Below are positions 1 through 13,138 of a DNA stretch of 64,000 nucleotides, one piece after another. The notes below the pieces were generated by a model. It was not told where the DNA came from. It saw only the letters and a list, made by a program, of their open reading frames with translations, and searched no databases. A program made the translations under genes and the position numbers. Origin of the DNA: Callorhinchus milii (Eukaryota); contig NW_024704749.1 in the NCBI RefSeq assembly GCF_018977255.1, forward strand, positions 24,242,001 to 24,306,000. The letters run 5' to 3'. Each line of letters starts with the position of its first letter. Position 1 is the stretch's first letter.

Positions 1-446
1 CAGTTCTGTATCCACTGCCACTGTTCCTTTAATACCGTGGGCTTCTGTCTCTTATGTGGCACTTTATCAAACGCCTTTTGAAAATCCATATAAACTACAA
101 CAACTGCACAATCTTCATTCACCCTCTGTTACTTCATCAAAAAACTCTTATCAGGTTTGTTAGACATGATTTGCCTTTAACAAACCCGTGTTGGCTGTCC
201 TTTATTAACCCATATATTTCTAAGTGGAAATTTATTTAGTTCCGGATTAAAGTCTCTGGAAGTTTCCCCACTACTGACGTTAGGCTGACTGGGTTATAGT
301 TCCCTGGTTTATCCTTCTATCCCTTTTTGTACAGGGGAGTAACATTTGCAACCCTCCAGTCCTCTTGGCATCACCCTGTTGTCCAAGGAGGATTAAAAGA
401 TTATGGCCAGAGCCTGCATTATATCCACTCTTACTTCCCTCAGTAA
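1..446 (-). mobile_element. CR1 LINE ORF2 reverse-transcriptase fragment, decayed; continues beyond the window start
   Basis: Reverse complement is colinear with the + strand CR1 copy over ~55360-56040 (allowing for that copy's insert); has deletions. Confidence 0.9.
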
Positions 447-707
447 CCTCCACTGGCTCCCCATCCCCCAGAGGATCGAATTCAAGATCCTCATCCTCAC
501 CTACAAGGCCATTCACGGCCTCGCTCCCTCCTACCTCTCCGACCTACTATCCAGTAGTACCTACCTACCTGCCCGTACCCTCCGTTCCTCTGGCTCTGGT
601 CTGCTCCACATCCCCCGCCCCAACCGCCCTACCATCGGTGGCCAGGCCGTCAGCCTCTCAGCCCCGAGGCTCTGGAACTCTATCCCCCATTGCCTTCGCC
701 GCCTCCT
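447..707 (+). mobile_element. L2 LINE ORF2 C-terminal fragment embedded in CR1
   Basis: Translates LHWLPIPQRIEFKILILTYKAIHGLAPSYLSDLL...LRSSG...APRLWNSIP, typical of the L2 ORF2 end. Confidence 0.9.
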
Positions 708-1400
708 TATCATAAACCTCCTTTTTCTGTTTTATTTTAATCCCAATTTCCTTAGTCATCCTGGGAGGTTTGGATGCCCTACCTTTCCTCTTTGTGGGAA
801 TGTATTTGTTCTGTCCCCGAACTGTCTCCTCCTTGAAGGCTTCCCATTGCTCATTAGCTGTTTTACCTGCCAATCTTTCTTTCCAGTCCACCTTGGCGAG
901 GTCCCTTTTTAACTCACTGAAATTGGCCTCTTCCAGTTGAGTATCTTCACCTGTGATTGCTCCTTGTCCCTTTCCATAAGTACTCTAAACCTAATGATGT
1001 TGTGATCACTGTTGTCCAGATGCTCTCCTACTGAAACCTATTCCACTTGCCCCACTTCATTCCCCAGAACTAGATCCAGCGCTGCTTCCTTCCTTGTTGG
1101 GCTGGAAACTTACTGATCCAGAAAGTTATCCTGCACACATTACAGGAATCCTTCCCCCTCCTTGCCCTTTACACTGTTATTTTGCCAGTCTATATCAGGA
1201 TAATTGAAGTTTCCCATTATCATTACTCTATTGGTTTTGCATACTTCTGAAACCTGCTGCAGATTTGCAATTCTCCCCTGTCTAATCCTGTTTCTGGATT
1301 ACTCCTGATTACATTGCTATTTGTCTCTCCCAGCCCTCTATGTAACTTGTTTGTACTCTCTAATGCTACATCCTGATTCCCTTCCCCTCTTAAAATTAGT
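708..1400 (-). mobile_element. CR1 LINE ORF2 apurinic-like endonuclease/tether region, with stops
   Basis: Minus strand reads GNFNYPDIDW...LDLVL...SDHNII and DWKERLAGKTANEQWEAFKEE; same family as the 54.6-kb copy. Confidence 0.88.
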
Positions 1401-1420
1401 TTAAACGTTTCCCCACAGCA

Positions 1421-2305
1421 CTAGTTAGCCTCTCTGCGAGGACGTTGGTCCCAGACCTGTTCAGGGTAACGCATCCAACTTGTACAGGTCCCACCTGCCC
1501 CAGAACTGTCCCAATGATCAAGGAAGATGAAGCCCTCCTTTCTGCCCCATTTCTCCAGCCATGCGTTCATGTGTTTGATCCTGTTGTTTTGATACCCGCT
1601 TGCACGAGCCACTGGGAGTAATCCAGAGATCACCACCTTTGAAGTCATACTCTTCAGCTTTTTCCCTAGCTTCTTACACTTACCCTGTAGGATCTCAGCC
1701 CTTTTTTTCCCTTCGTCATGGATCCCAACATGGACCACAACTTCTGGATGTTCCCCTTCCCCTTGTAGAATATTTTGCACCCGTTCCGTGATGTCTTCAA
1801 CCCTGGCACCAGGGAGGCAACATACCATGCGAGAGTCACGTCTTTGATTGCAGAAATGCCAGTCTACTCCTTTCCCCGTTGTGTCCCCAATGACAATTGG
1901 ATTGACACTCTTCCCTGTGTCCCCCTGTGCATCCATTTGCTTTTGACTCTCCCCAGAGGTGTCATCACCCTGACTTGTATTCAATGCAGAGAACTGGTTT
2001 GTGAGTGCCACTCTCAGGGGATTTTTGTACTGCCTCTTCCTACCATACTGGGTGGTCACCCACTCACTCTCCGTCTGAACCCTCTGTGGCTGTGGGGTGA
2101 CCACCTCCTGAAACATTCGATTGATGAACTCTGCAGCCTCCCTCCCGTATGCTACGTCGTGACACCAGCCTCTCCTCGAGCTCAGAAACTGGAGGCACTT
2201 CCTACACATGTGTCTGTCCAGGGCACATAAAGCATCCTGGAGTTCCCACATGGCACACATTGTGCATGCAACCAGTCTCAGCTGCCATGCCATATTCCCA
2301 GACAT
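1421..2305 (-). mobile_element. CR1 LINE ORF1 (N-terminal Cys-rich zinc finger + SGNH/GDSL esterase-like domain), degenerate
   Basis: CxxC...HxCxxC, IVIGDT (GDS block), CLPGA, VVVHVGxxD, VVISGLLP, FLDHW; frameshifted after FLDHWD; lies upstream of ORF2 on the same strand. Confidence 0.85.
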
Positions 2306-2911
2306 GTTTTATATTATTTTAATTTAACTTATATATTTTATAATTACGCACTTCTTTTCCCCCACTTCACCGAATTCTTACTCTCACCAAATTCCTTAAC
2401 AGAATTCTCACTCGGTTCCCTCCTCACGCTGCTGGGCTCTCTGCTCGTTCATAAGCGTATATTACGTGTGCAAATTGTACTTGTGTGAATTTAAATTGGT
2501 GAGTAATCCGTTGAAGCTGTTGTATTCATAAATAATTTTTTATTACACGTTATTGTTAAAAATGGCAGTTTTGTAATTAATTAAGCTGCTGTATTTTATG
2601 AATGGTGGTTGTGGGTATGTGGGCTGCAGTTTACAACCAACTGCATACTACCCAACTTCACAAGCAATCCCTCAGTATGCCAGGACAATATTCAATCTGT
2701 AGCAAAGATTTTTTTTTGTGTGGGTGAAGCTGCAGTCTTGCAAATATAGAGGAGAAAAAAAACATCGACTTTTGACAAATGAGCGTCTTTTGTTACTTTT
2801 GTCTTAACGATGTGTTTCTCTTGGTATTAGTATTGCGTTTCACAAAGAAATGGGTTTGTCCTGGTTGCCTCCTCTCCTTTAAACTCAGCAAATGTTTTTT
2901 TCTCTTTGCAG

Positions 2912-3022
2912 AGAAACCTGACAGAGTATTTTGTAGCTGTAGATGTCAACAACATGCTCCATCTTTATGCCAGTATGCTGTATGAGCGACGTATCCTCAT
3001 CTCCTGCAGCAAACTAAGCAGT
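2912..3022 (+). CDS. DENND1A: DENND1A internal coding exon (cDENN): RNLTEYFVAVDVNNMLHLYASMLYERRILISCSKLSS
   Basis: Pyrimidine tract + ttgcAG acceptor; GTAAGT donor; 111 nt, phase 0/0; peptide nearly identical to vertebrate DENND1A as recalled. Confidence 0.96.
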
Positions 3023-5864
3023 GTAAGTAGTACTGACAGCAGTGAGGCATCAACCTCCGCAACCCTCTCTAGCATTGACTGTCAAGTGGACTTGTTTATC
3101 ACAGCACACGGATCTGTAAAAATATCTGAATGTTATTTATAAATGTACAAACTGTATAGAGGAATATGGAGTCACCAGGTTCCTTAATGCTTCCTCGAGC
3201 ACCACTGAATAGCTCAAAGCTGCTTCTCTGTCCTCACCAGTGAGCTCTGACCTTCCCAATCCCCTTGTCCCCTCCAACAAAGCCACTCTAGAGTTGTGTG
3301 TAAAGCTACCGAGATGGACACGACCATCTACATGTTGATTTGTATGTACATGTGATTTATCCAGCTTGTCTTGCAGGTGATGCAATCAAAAATTTCGAAA
3401 CTATTCGTTGTTACGATTCCTCCAAATTAATCATTCGTTCACCTGAAAGCTGTCTGCAGCCTTTACAAATGTCTTCCTTCTTTCGCTGTAAAAACAGTCA
3501 CTAGACTTGGCATTAATCGGGAGGTGCTTTGAAATGTCAACAAAATACAGTCCTGTAAAAATGCAACTTTGGAATGAATACAATGAGCAAAGTACATGTA
3601 TAAGCAATGGAACGACAGGACAGAGTGAAAAGCTTTCTCGGTCACTTTATTATTAATGTTCATTTTGGCTTAATTTTTCAGGTATTTTCTCTGCAAGTTA
3701 CCCTTTGCATTCCCACCCCTGAGCAGGTGTACATCCACCTGCTCCAGCCCACCGACATTCCTCTGCAATATGACAAGAGGCAGGTGCACATAGATGACCA
3801 ATGATCTGTCTCATTTGCATCATTTGTGGGACGTGTTTATCTACAGGTAGCACCTCCCCAGACCCTCTGACGTTAGCCAGGCACCAAATGGGAAATCAAA
3901 GCCCCTTAACTTGACAACATTCAGTGCTTCTGAATGTATCTGCTAGGTCACTGAGCCGTCTCGGGCTCTATAAACATTTGATGCTTTTTATCATTTGTCT
4001 TCTTTGTTTTCTATACTAATTGATTCTGTCCTTGTTTAGTTTTGAGGAATGATGGGCGCTGTAGTACATCTATCTGTGTTAAATATTAATGTGATTACTC
4101 ATACCTTCCTGCCCTCAGTCTGCTTCACTTTTTAAATGCTCCGCTGGTTCTGTCTATATGAGGAAGCTAAGTCACTTATCAACCCTGTCCTGATGTTGAG
4201 CAATCACTTTTTCCAAAGTTTAGGCAGCTGTGTTCCCGAGAGCATTGAAAACAACAGGCTGTGGGGGGAGAAATCACTGCTGATCTTTGAATTCAATCTA
4301 AATTTAAATAATGCTTTAATACGTGTGCATAATACAGTGTGAGGAATGGAGGCTTTTTTCAGAATATGAATAACGGGTGCAACAAATTCTCCTAATAAAA
4401 ATTAGTCGATCTCTCCACATCTGTATGTGGGATTGGCTGTCAAGTTTCGGCCACAAATATACAGTCACTCCACTTTGGTGTTGTATCAAATGCAAGGATT
4501 ATTATTATTATAAAATGTTAAAAACAAGAATTTGCTAGGCATAAAATTGTGGATTTATTGCTGTAATTTTCTATGTCTGGTGTGAATTTTTAACACTGCC
4601 ACTTCCAAAGGCCAGCCAGTTTTACTGTCGTACTTTCCTTGTATCTCTTAAGTCCTTTAACACTAATCTGCCACCTCAACCACATATAAAGAACTCTTAT
4701 CCTATCTAATTTACTTCATGTTTGGCTGACGGGGCTGTAGTAGTACTTAGGCTTCCATCAAGTAGGTGAAGGATAAAAGATTGCTTGTGGTTTCACATTA
4801 ATGACCTTATAGACATAATGCACTCAAACTTGAGCTACACTTGCTGTGCACTAATCAATACTGTTACAATGTACCACTGAACACAGAATGTCAACATTTT
4901 CCCTCTTAATAAGCCTTTTTTTAGCTGTTAAAATATAATGGAATTTCCCCTTAAAAGGCAAGATGCAACAGCATAAAACCAATGTGTTAAGCAGCCATAT
5001 TGCTGAAGCCACCCAGAAATAAAAGCTTACCATGTTTCAACAACATACTGTTCCTTCATTACCTTTGAACCACCACTCCACACTATATGAAGTTTGCCAT
5101 ATGCTGTGTATTCTGCACATGCAGTGTCAGCTCGGATGCAGATGCCAGTATTGGTGTCTGAATGCTAGCATTGAATGTAATCGCATTAAAATATCTAGGT
5201 CATGTCACCAGTGGGGGCGCATAGGTGTCCATCAGTGAATATATAAATGATGCACATTGAATACTGGTGATTTACACAGAATAAACCACGATAGGTGGAG
5301 GAGCCAAAGAATACATAAACTGTGCAGGCATGAGTGTTCAGCTTGTGCAATCTGCATAGTGTAAATTAGTCATTTCATGTCTGCAGGTTTGAATCAGATA
5401 TCCTGAACCTGTGTGGAAACGACCTGTGCATTTCCACAGCAGCTTTTCTTAGTTTGAGGGTAGAACTGGCAAGTTTAATAAAATTGCTGCTGCTGTTCTC
5501 AACATTCTTCTTTCGAAGCGAGTGGAAATGTAGCGATTGTAGTAGTGCTGAATGTTTGTGAGAGTTTGACAACATTATATGATTGCTCTCGGTCACCAGG
5601 CTCAAATCACTGGGCTGGTCTCTGCATTTACTGAAGAGGATGAGAACGGGGCTGGGGCAATGATGATTATTTGGCATCATTCAAAGTTAGCGATTTTACT
5701 TGTGCAGGTTTATTGTCGGAACATTCACTACAAGTTCACGTACTTGAAAAATATCAATTTAAAAGGTCATTCCATCCATGGCCATTTTATATTAAATCTC
5801 TTCCTGTTCATTTAAGGAAATGATGAGGTAATGACCTGATCAGGAGCATTGGATTAAATGAGTC

Positions 5865-6050
5865 ATTCAACCCAGTTAGTTTGGGTTACTGGTTTAGCAA
5901 GTCAGAGGGCTCAGGTTCGAGCCTCACACCAGGACAGGCTAATAACCTGGTCCTCAGATACAGAACTGAGGCAGCGTGGCATTGTTGGAGGTTCTGTTCT
6001 TTGGTTACAGGATTTTGCTGTGAGATCTGCGGTGGGAACCGATTAACAGA
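5865..6050 (+). mobile_element. Ancient tRNA-derived (SacSINE1/Deu-type-like) SINE relic
   Basis: B-box-like GGTTCGAGCC, then ctgagg..gcattgttggaggt, similar to the copies at 35.7 and 41.4 kb. Confidence 0.45.
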
Positions 6051-9000
6051 GTAGTTCAGTGATTGTGTCATTATGATTGTGAGGGACCTGAATTAACATG
6101 CACTCTGTCAGGAACACGACTCCGGGTCCTGGTAGCAGCAATGAGATGGCTTTTTAAAGGTCATCATGATAACCGGCAACCTATTATAGCCTTGTAATCA
6201 CCTTTCTGACATGTCTGGAGATGGCTCCCCCATTGAGTTCACAAGTATAATCTTATGCACTAATCTAACTTGTTGTACGGTTGGTTTCCTCTCCTCAAGG
6301 TGCTGAGTGACTGCTGTGGGGCTAAAGTTAGTTATGACAGTAACTTGCCCAAGTAACCAGTCATGGCAATGATAAAGCAATGATAATTCAGTGATGTGAC
6401 ACCAAAGAAGAAATTACTGCAAGAAATGACTTGGGTTTATGAGGTTCATAGCCAAAAATGTAATAATGAAAAAAGTTTGCAAGTCTTGATGAATTTTTCA
6501 TTGACAGTATTATATTCAGACTCCCAAAAGTTTTTTCAGCTGTCTTACACCATATGACTTGCTATTATGGCTTCCGGAATGTATAATAAGAACAGTGTAG
6601 CCTTATTTCATTGTGTACATCAAGTAAATAGAGCCTCCCCAAAATGTTGCTATTTTATGCATTCTTCCAACCTCCTGACAGCATTTCTTTCAGAAGAATG
6701 AGATAAACAGTTCCCTGGATTCCAGGTGACTTAAGTAAGCAGCAAGTGCTCAGCCCAGAGGAAGAGGGAAGGGCTGAGAAACATTCACAGCAATTAAACG
6801 GAGATGAGAGCGAGTGAATCAAATGAAATGAATAACCTCATTGCCGGAATTTAGCGCTCACTCCTTTATCAGGGCTGAAATTCTGCTTTACACAAAAGCG
6901 ACTGAGACTGCTAGTTTTTGTAATCCAAATCCGAATAGCTGTATGTGGAGAAAGCTCTCATAAGTAGCTTGGTGAGACTGTAACAATGAGTTTGCTCTTA
7001 CTCGTGAACCGGAAACCACCTGGAGGTTTGCTGCTCAATCACCAGCCTGTCTCATTATAAACAGCTTGGTTTCACTATAGTGATCACTAATCCAAATGAT
7101 GAATGCTACACGTGTGCTATCTCCATGCTTGACAGAAGGCGTAACCAAGGCTTTTCTCCCTGGAATCAGGCACAGCAGTCAGTACAAGCCCCAGTTGGTG
7201 TAAACGAGGTTATCTCTGGGCCATCCAGTCTTCATGCTAATTAACGGCACTTTCAATTTTTTCTCTCTCAGGTTTACAATTCCTAACGAAACTCGCCATC
7301 TCCCTATTACAGAGTGGCAAACGGATCAATGCAGATTATATAAATGTAATGGCATTTCAGCAGTGTCATTCAATTAAATGGCACATATTGATTGGTTTGG
7401 ACTCAGTAAATGGGTGAATGTTATTGAGAGTAAATAGTTTAGTTCATAGCCTGATTGCTTGTGTTGTCAGTGAACTGTTCACTCTCTCTCGGGACGTGTT
7501 GACAAATTATGCTGGTCTGTGTTGGCGTAAAGCATTATGGTGACCCTTTGTGGAATAATGAGGCACCTTTACCTGAGAGACAGTTGAACAATACATAACC
7601 ATTTTGCTTCATTTGCAGTCATTGCATGCCAGCCAGCCAGCATGAAGAGAATGCTGCAAAACCTACAATATAGACTTGCCTTGCTATTAATGAGACTACA
7701 TGGTGTTGTGGAAATGAGCTTAATTAAGAAAAAAAATGGTTTTGTTATGAGTTGAACTAGTGTTTGTGTCTGCGTTGTAAATGGTAATTGGATCCAGTGC
7801 AGTTCGTTGTGAGCTGTAATTCCATACGCATTTTATTTAGAATAGATTTGTTGGCCTGCCAATCTTACAATGTCACAGGTATGAGATTTGCACAACATGC
7901 CTGTTAACATATTCAATCTTCATTAGAAAAGTTTTGAAAAATTCAGTAGGCATTCTGAACAGAATTTTATCGATACGCTTCTGGTTCTCTTTACATTAAC
8001 TTTTACTTGCTGAAATCTCATTTAGACACGTGTAGATTTTAGGTTGTTGTTGGCCTGATTTCATTGAGGACTGTGGAAAAGTTGAGCTGAGTTGCTTAAA
8101 CCGATATTAATTTTGAAGTTACCGTGCACTGGTTATGGTGTGGTACAGAATTAGCACAGGCTCTGATAATGCACACATCATGAGAGCATAATGTGAATGT
8201 GCATCGACCCTGGGGTTGTGGAGAGGGTTGTGATGCAGTGACTTTCTGGAAACGGCTATGAATTTTATGTGACTACCGCGATGGTGCCTGGATAGGAAGC
8301 ATCAGTAATGCATGGGAACCATTGCCATTGTGTCTTGGAAATAACCTAACTACTGTGTGTTGTATGGTAATGATGTGCATTTGTCCTAGAGGAAAAGCAG
8401 GGTTAAACCATGTCCGTTTCTGTCCTGATCCAAAGTCCCGACATTGTTAGATTTGTTTTTATGTTTAATTTGAATCAACAAGAGAATTTATTTTCTTAAA
8501 TGTCCCAATACAGTGTCTGTCAGGATTAGACTTGCAGTCTGGACAGTACAGGCAGGTAAGCATGAGGATTGAGCCGAATAGAAGAATAGCCGTTAGAGTA
8601 GATATCAGTGATTGGCATTGAGTACGTTTGCATCTTCAGAATGTTCAGCTTTGCTGTAACAAACAGGCAAACAGTAACTTGTTCTTTTCGTGGTAGAACT
8701 ACTTCAAGGAGATTTTTAATAAGGTTCTTAAGTTAGATAAATTAGGTTATGTTTTCTTTTGACATTTCCTTCCCAAGCCTGCCCCTTCTCCTCTCAGGCT
8801 GACATATTTATTTCTGCTATGCTGCACACCCACTGCTGATGCTGGACAAGTGGGGAACCTCATTGCTTGACTGCATTGATGGAATGCAATGCAATGTGCT
8901 TTGTGACATATGAAAATTGCGAGACTACTTGGAAAGTTGGATTTCCGATGCAAGCAGGAGCAGCTCATTAGGGCATGGTCTACAGAGAAGGTGCTGGTAG

Positions 9001-11185
9001 CTTAAAGTTATCATCAGAGCTTGGTTTCCATAATCAAGGATGGTTGGTAAATAACAGGTCAATGCAACACTGTTACTCCTGTTTTCACCCTTCGGAAAGG
9101 AGAGGATATGAGAACTTTAAATTATTTGTGGACTAACCCGATAAGACAAATGTGTTTTTTTTAAATCAATGAGTGGAGGGTTGAGACTTGTTTATTTTAT
9201 TTAAAGAAATCTTTAGCCAGACACATCACACAAGCACATGTAGGTTAGATTTCTGTAATGTGTAAATTGAGTTCCTCTGTTGCTTTTGTGCTGCCAGTTT
9301 ACTAATAGAATGAACTTTATTGGACTCCCGAGTACTGATCCCTTGGAGGCAAAGTGGATTTGATGGAATTAAAAGAGATTGATAATTACCCCGTGATGAA
9401 TATTCATAATGACTGGAGACTTTGGGCAAAATTTACACCAAGTGATTTTCTGTTGATTTGCTGTGTGAGGTTTGGAGGGGTCACTCTGGATATCACATTG
9501 AAGCTGAACAAAGGTGACCTTTACTGGCGTTGGGCTCACGTCTAGCGTATTTCTCCTGCAGTTGGCAATTTTTAAAAAAATCATTATATTAAATGGGAGA
9601 AATTATAATTTCACTATAATGTGGGGTGGTAAGGCAAACACAAAAAAACATTGTAGGCTTGAGAAGAGGTCAAATACTTGAGTGAAATTTGTCAATATCA
9701 TTTCAACCATGTTACTGTATGTGTTTATTTGCACCACATATTCTACCTTCTGTCTCCAGTACAGGTGGAGTGTTTGGTAAGATTTGTACCTGTTTTACCC
9801 TGGGACAGCAATGGGTGTCTAATAGAGGTGAAAGGTTTTGTACGTTCAGTTTACAAAGGCCAGAGTGTGACTTAAACATTTGATCGAGATTTTTAAACAT
9901 GCAAAGAGTGAAGCTGGAGCTGTTTATCCTTGCCCATCTGAACACTTGGGATTCTCTGGCCTGAGCACACTCTCTCTACCTGGGTTGTTTATGATCTCAG
10001 CGACTCCTCAGTGGACGGTGAGGTCACAGGAATGAAGAGCTGCTGAGCCGCTGTATCCTATCACTTGCTCAAGGTCTAACAAAAAAGGTTTATGCCAGTT
10101 GTGCAAAGGCAGAGAGAAACGTAGGGAGTGGCCTAAACTAATGTTTGTACCATCTTTATATTGTCATTTATGGTATTTAACTTGGTGTTTTACCATCGTT
10201 ATTCATAATGTTACTTGTGATCTTAAGGTGCAGAGTTTTGAGCATCGCAACATTGCAGAGAAATAGCAGCTCCTTATAATCAGTATTGGGAGTATAGCCT
10301 TCAGAAAGTGGGACTAAAATGCAGCTCTAAATTTACTACAGCTGCTCCTTTTAAAAAGTCATTAATAGGCATTGGGTAATGGCACTTGCAGTTTTCAGTT
10401 CAAGGCATTGAATTTTAGAGTAGCTTTCAGACTGAAGCTTTTGATCAGTGCCACTGTATTTAAATGCAATGAGCATGCCGAGGAATAAAAATACTTGCAG
10501 TAGCTTGAGGTTGTATTTCGTGAAAAGAGTACGTGACCCGCAGAACCTAGCAGTTATGTGTACAGTCAGATTCGGTCCTTAAGATCACAAGTAACATTAT
10601 GAATAATGATGGGATGTTTTCAAGTCAAACACCGTAAATGACAGTGATTGAACAGTCAGCGCCTTGTGTGTTTTGAGGCTTGCAGGATACACTGTCAGCT
10701 TTTACAGATGTCTGGAGAGTAGACTGAATCTCTTCAGTTTCATGGCCCAGTACACAGGCTCCCAGCGGTGTCCTCTCTGGAGGAAGCTGTGGGCAAACTC
10801 TACTGTTGGTTAAGAAAAATTATTGTAGCATAAGTCCTCATCGTAATATTCTCCAGTGAAACCATGGAGATCAGGTAATAATATAATTACAACAGACGGG
10901 GCTAGCTAGGCTGGAGATTTTCTATGAGCTGTCGCTGAGAGTGGATGGGGGGGGTGGGGGAGGGTTGATGCATTTGAAATGAAGCCATTGTTTATTGTGA
11001 TTACACTTTTATGCTAATCCTCTGAAATCTTGTGCCATATGATGACTTCTTCCTGCAGGTATCAATAGAAAATAATCTATTGCCTGTGGTATCATTTCTG
11101 TGTGGAGGGTTGGCTAGTTGGGTGGGTCCATGCTACACTATCGAGGTATTAATTTACCAAAGAGCATTTGTGTTTTATCTTTCAG

Positions 11186-11286
11186 TTAACGGCCTGCGTC
11201 CACGGCTCAGCAGCGATGCTGTATCCGATGTATTGGCAGCATGTTTACATTCCCGTCCTCCCTCCACATCTATTGGACTACTGCTG
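11186..11286 (+). CDS. DENND1A: DENND1A exon: [33 protein letters not shown](C)
   Basis: tttcAG acceptor, GTGAGT donor, 101 nt, phase 0/2; hallmark DENN motif [10 protein letters not shown]. Confidence 0.96.
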
Positions 11287-11354
11287 GTGAGTGCTTATTT
11301 GAGTGTCTGAAGAAGCTGAATGCAGGGAATTAATAAAGTTCTCTTTATTACCCA

Positions 11355-12490
11355 ATCAATAACTGACACTCACCTTTGCGAAGTGCGAAGAGGTTTTCAA
11401 ATTCTTTATCTCCAAGATAGATAACATCCACCTAGCCACCTCCTCCTCCTGCCCCATGTCTCTCCCCTCCCATCCCCATTCCTTCTCCATCACCCACTCC
11501 TCCTCCACGGCTCCTACCACAGGCTCCAACCTACTCTTCTTTCTTCCTCTCATCCTCCATCACCCCGATGAAACCCACCACCTGCTACCCCCTCCCCACC
11601 CAGCTGCTGGTTGCTCAACTCCCCCTCTGCTCATTGCTGGCAGACACCATAAATCAGTCCCTCTCCTCAGGCTCAGTCCCACGCCCCCTCAAAACAGCCG
11701 TCATCACTCACCTATTTAAAAAACCTACTCTCAATCCCTTTAACCTTGCACACTACCATCCCATTTCAAACCTACCCTTCCTAGCCAAAGCCCTGGAATG
11801 CGTTGTTGGAAACAACAACAACATTACATTTGTAAAGCGCCTTTCATGTTGGGAGGACGTCCCAAGGCGCTGGACAGACAGAGTTACTGATCCGAGCTGA
11901 GGGTCAGAGTGAGGGAGAGGGGAGGACAGGGGAGAAGCAGGGTTCATTCCAAGGCTCCATCCTTGGCCCCCTTCTTTTCCCCATCTCCATGCTCCCTCTC
12001 AGCGATGTCATCCACAGACATGGGGTAAACTTCCACACGTATACGGATAATACACTAATCTACTCCTCCTCCTCCAGCTACGACTCCCAGTCACCTGTTC
12101 TGTTACCTTGTCTGACAGACGTCAAGGCCTGGATGAGAGCAAACTTCCTGCAGCTGAACGTTGACAAGACGGAAGCCATACTCTTTGGCTCCCATCAAGG
12201 CTTTCTCTCTTGCAGTTAAGGCCTCTCAATCCCGATCTCTCCTTAAGTCTCACTGAGCCCATGAGCAACTTAGGGTCAGGTTCGTCCCCAGCTAACCTTC
12301 ATACCCCACAGCCGGTCCTTAGCCAGGATCTGCACCTCCACCTCCCAACACATTGCCCGCCTCCATACGTACCTCACTCCAAAAGCTGCTGAAACCCTCG
12401 TCCATGCCTTCGTCACCTCTTGCCTTGACTACTCAAACGCCCTCCTCATTGGTCTCCCCTGCTCCGCTAAATTCACAAAATTCAACTAAT
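11355..12490 (+). mobile_element. L2 LINE ORF2 fragments, with an inverted L2 3' end inserted at ~11812-11940
   Basis: PISNLPFLAKALE, GSILGP, NFHTYTDNT (YADD-derived), NFLQLNVDKTE motifs; middle segment is an antisense L2 tail with (AAC)n. Confidence 0.85.
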
Positions 12491-12499
12491 TCAAAATGG

Positions 12500-12845
12500 C
12501 CCTGGTCAGGACGTGGATGTAGGGAAGGGAGGACAGCTGTGGGTTGAATCTGACACCTAGGTTTTGCACCGGTTCAGCAAGTCTAAGGGATAGGCCAGGG
12601 AGTTTGAGGAGGCAGAGCCTCAGGATAGAAGACGTTGATGGGAGCCAATGAGTATGGCTCCTGTCTTGTCAATATTTAGTTGCAGGAAGTTTTCGCTCAA
12701 CCAGGCCCTGATGTCCGCCAGACAAGCCAAGAGAACATCGGCGGACCTGGATTTGCAGCTGGAGGAGGAGAAGTAGATTTGTGTATCATCCGCATACATG
12801 TGGAAGTTTACCCCGAGTCTGCGGATGACATTGCGAAGCTCCATC
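12500..12845 (-). mobile_element. L2 LINE RT fragment
   Basis: [14 protein letters not shown]...WLSENFLQLNIDKT on the minus strand. Confidence 0.88.
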
Positions 12846-13138
12846 GAGCTGGAAATGATGAGCCAAATGTCTGTGGTGTAAGTGATGTCCATGGTGTAAA
12901 TATTGAACATTTCTATTTGGTTTCAGTTGAAGATCCTCCTAGAGTACAAAAATACATTCAATCTCCTTCCTTGTAACTCCACTGCCCTTTCTGTTTTAAA
13001 AAAGAAAAGCCCTTATAACGTAACTTATTGACTGATACAGAGTGATTTTAGGTGTGTGGCCGAAGGGTGACACACTCCCCCCGTATCCTTATCTCTATTG
13101 CAGAAAAAAAGCACATTGACATGATTAATTCTTTAGCC

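Noticed and set aside
5205-5222. CTCF-like TCACCAGTGGGGGCGC
   Set aside because: Needs an extra base or three mismatches to fit the core, and has no convincing upstream motif.
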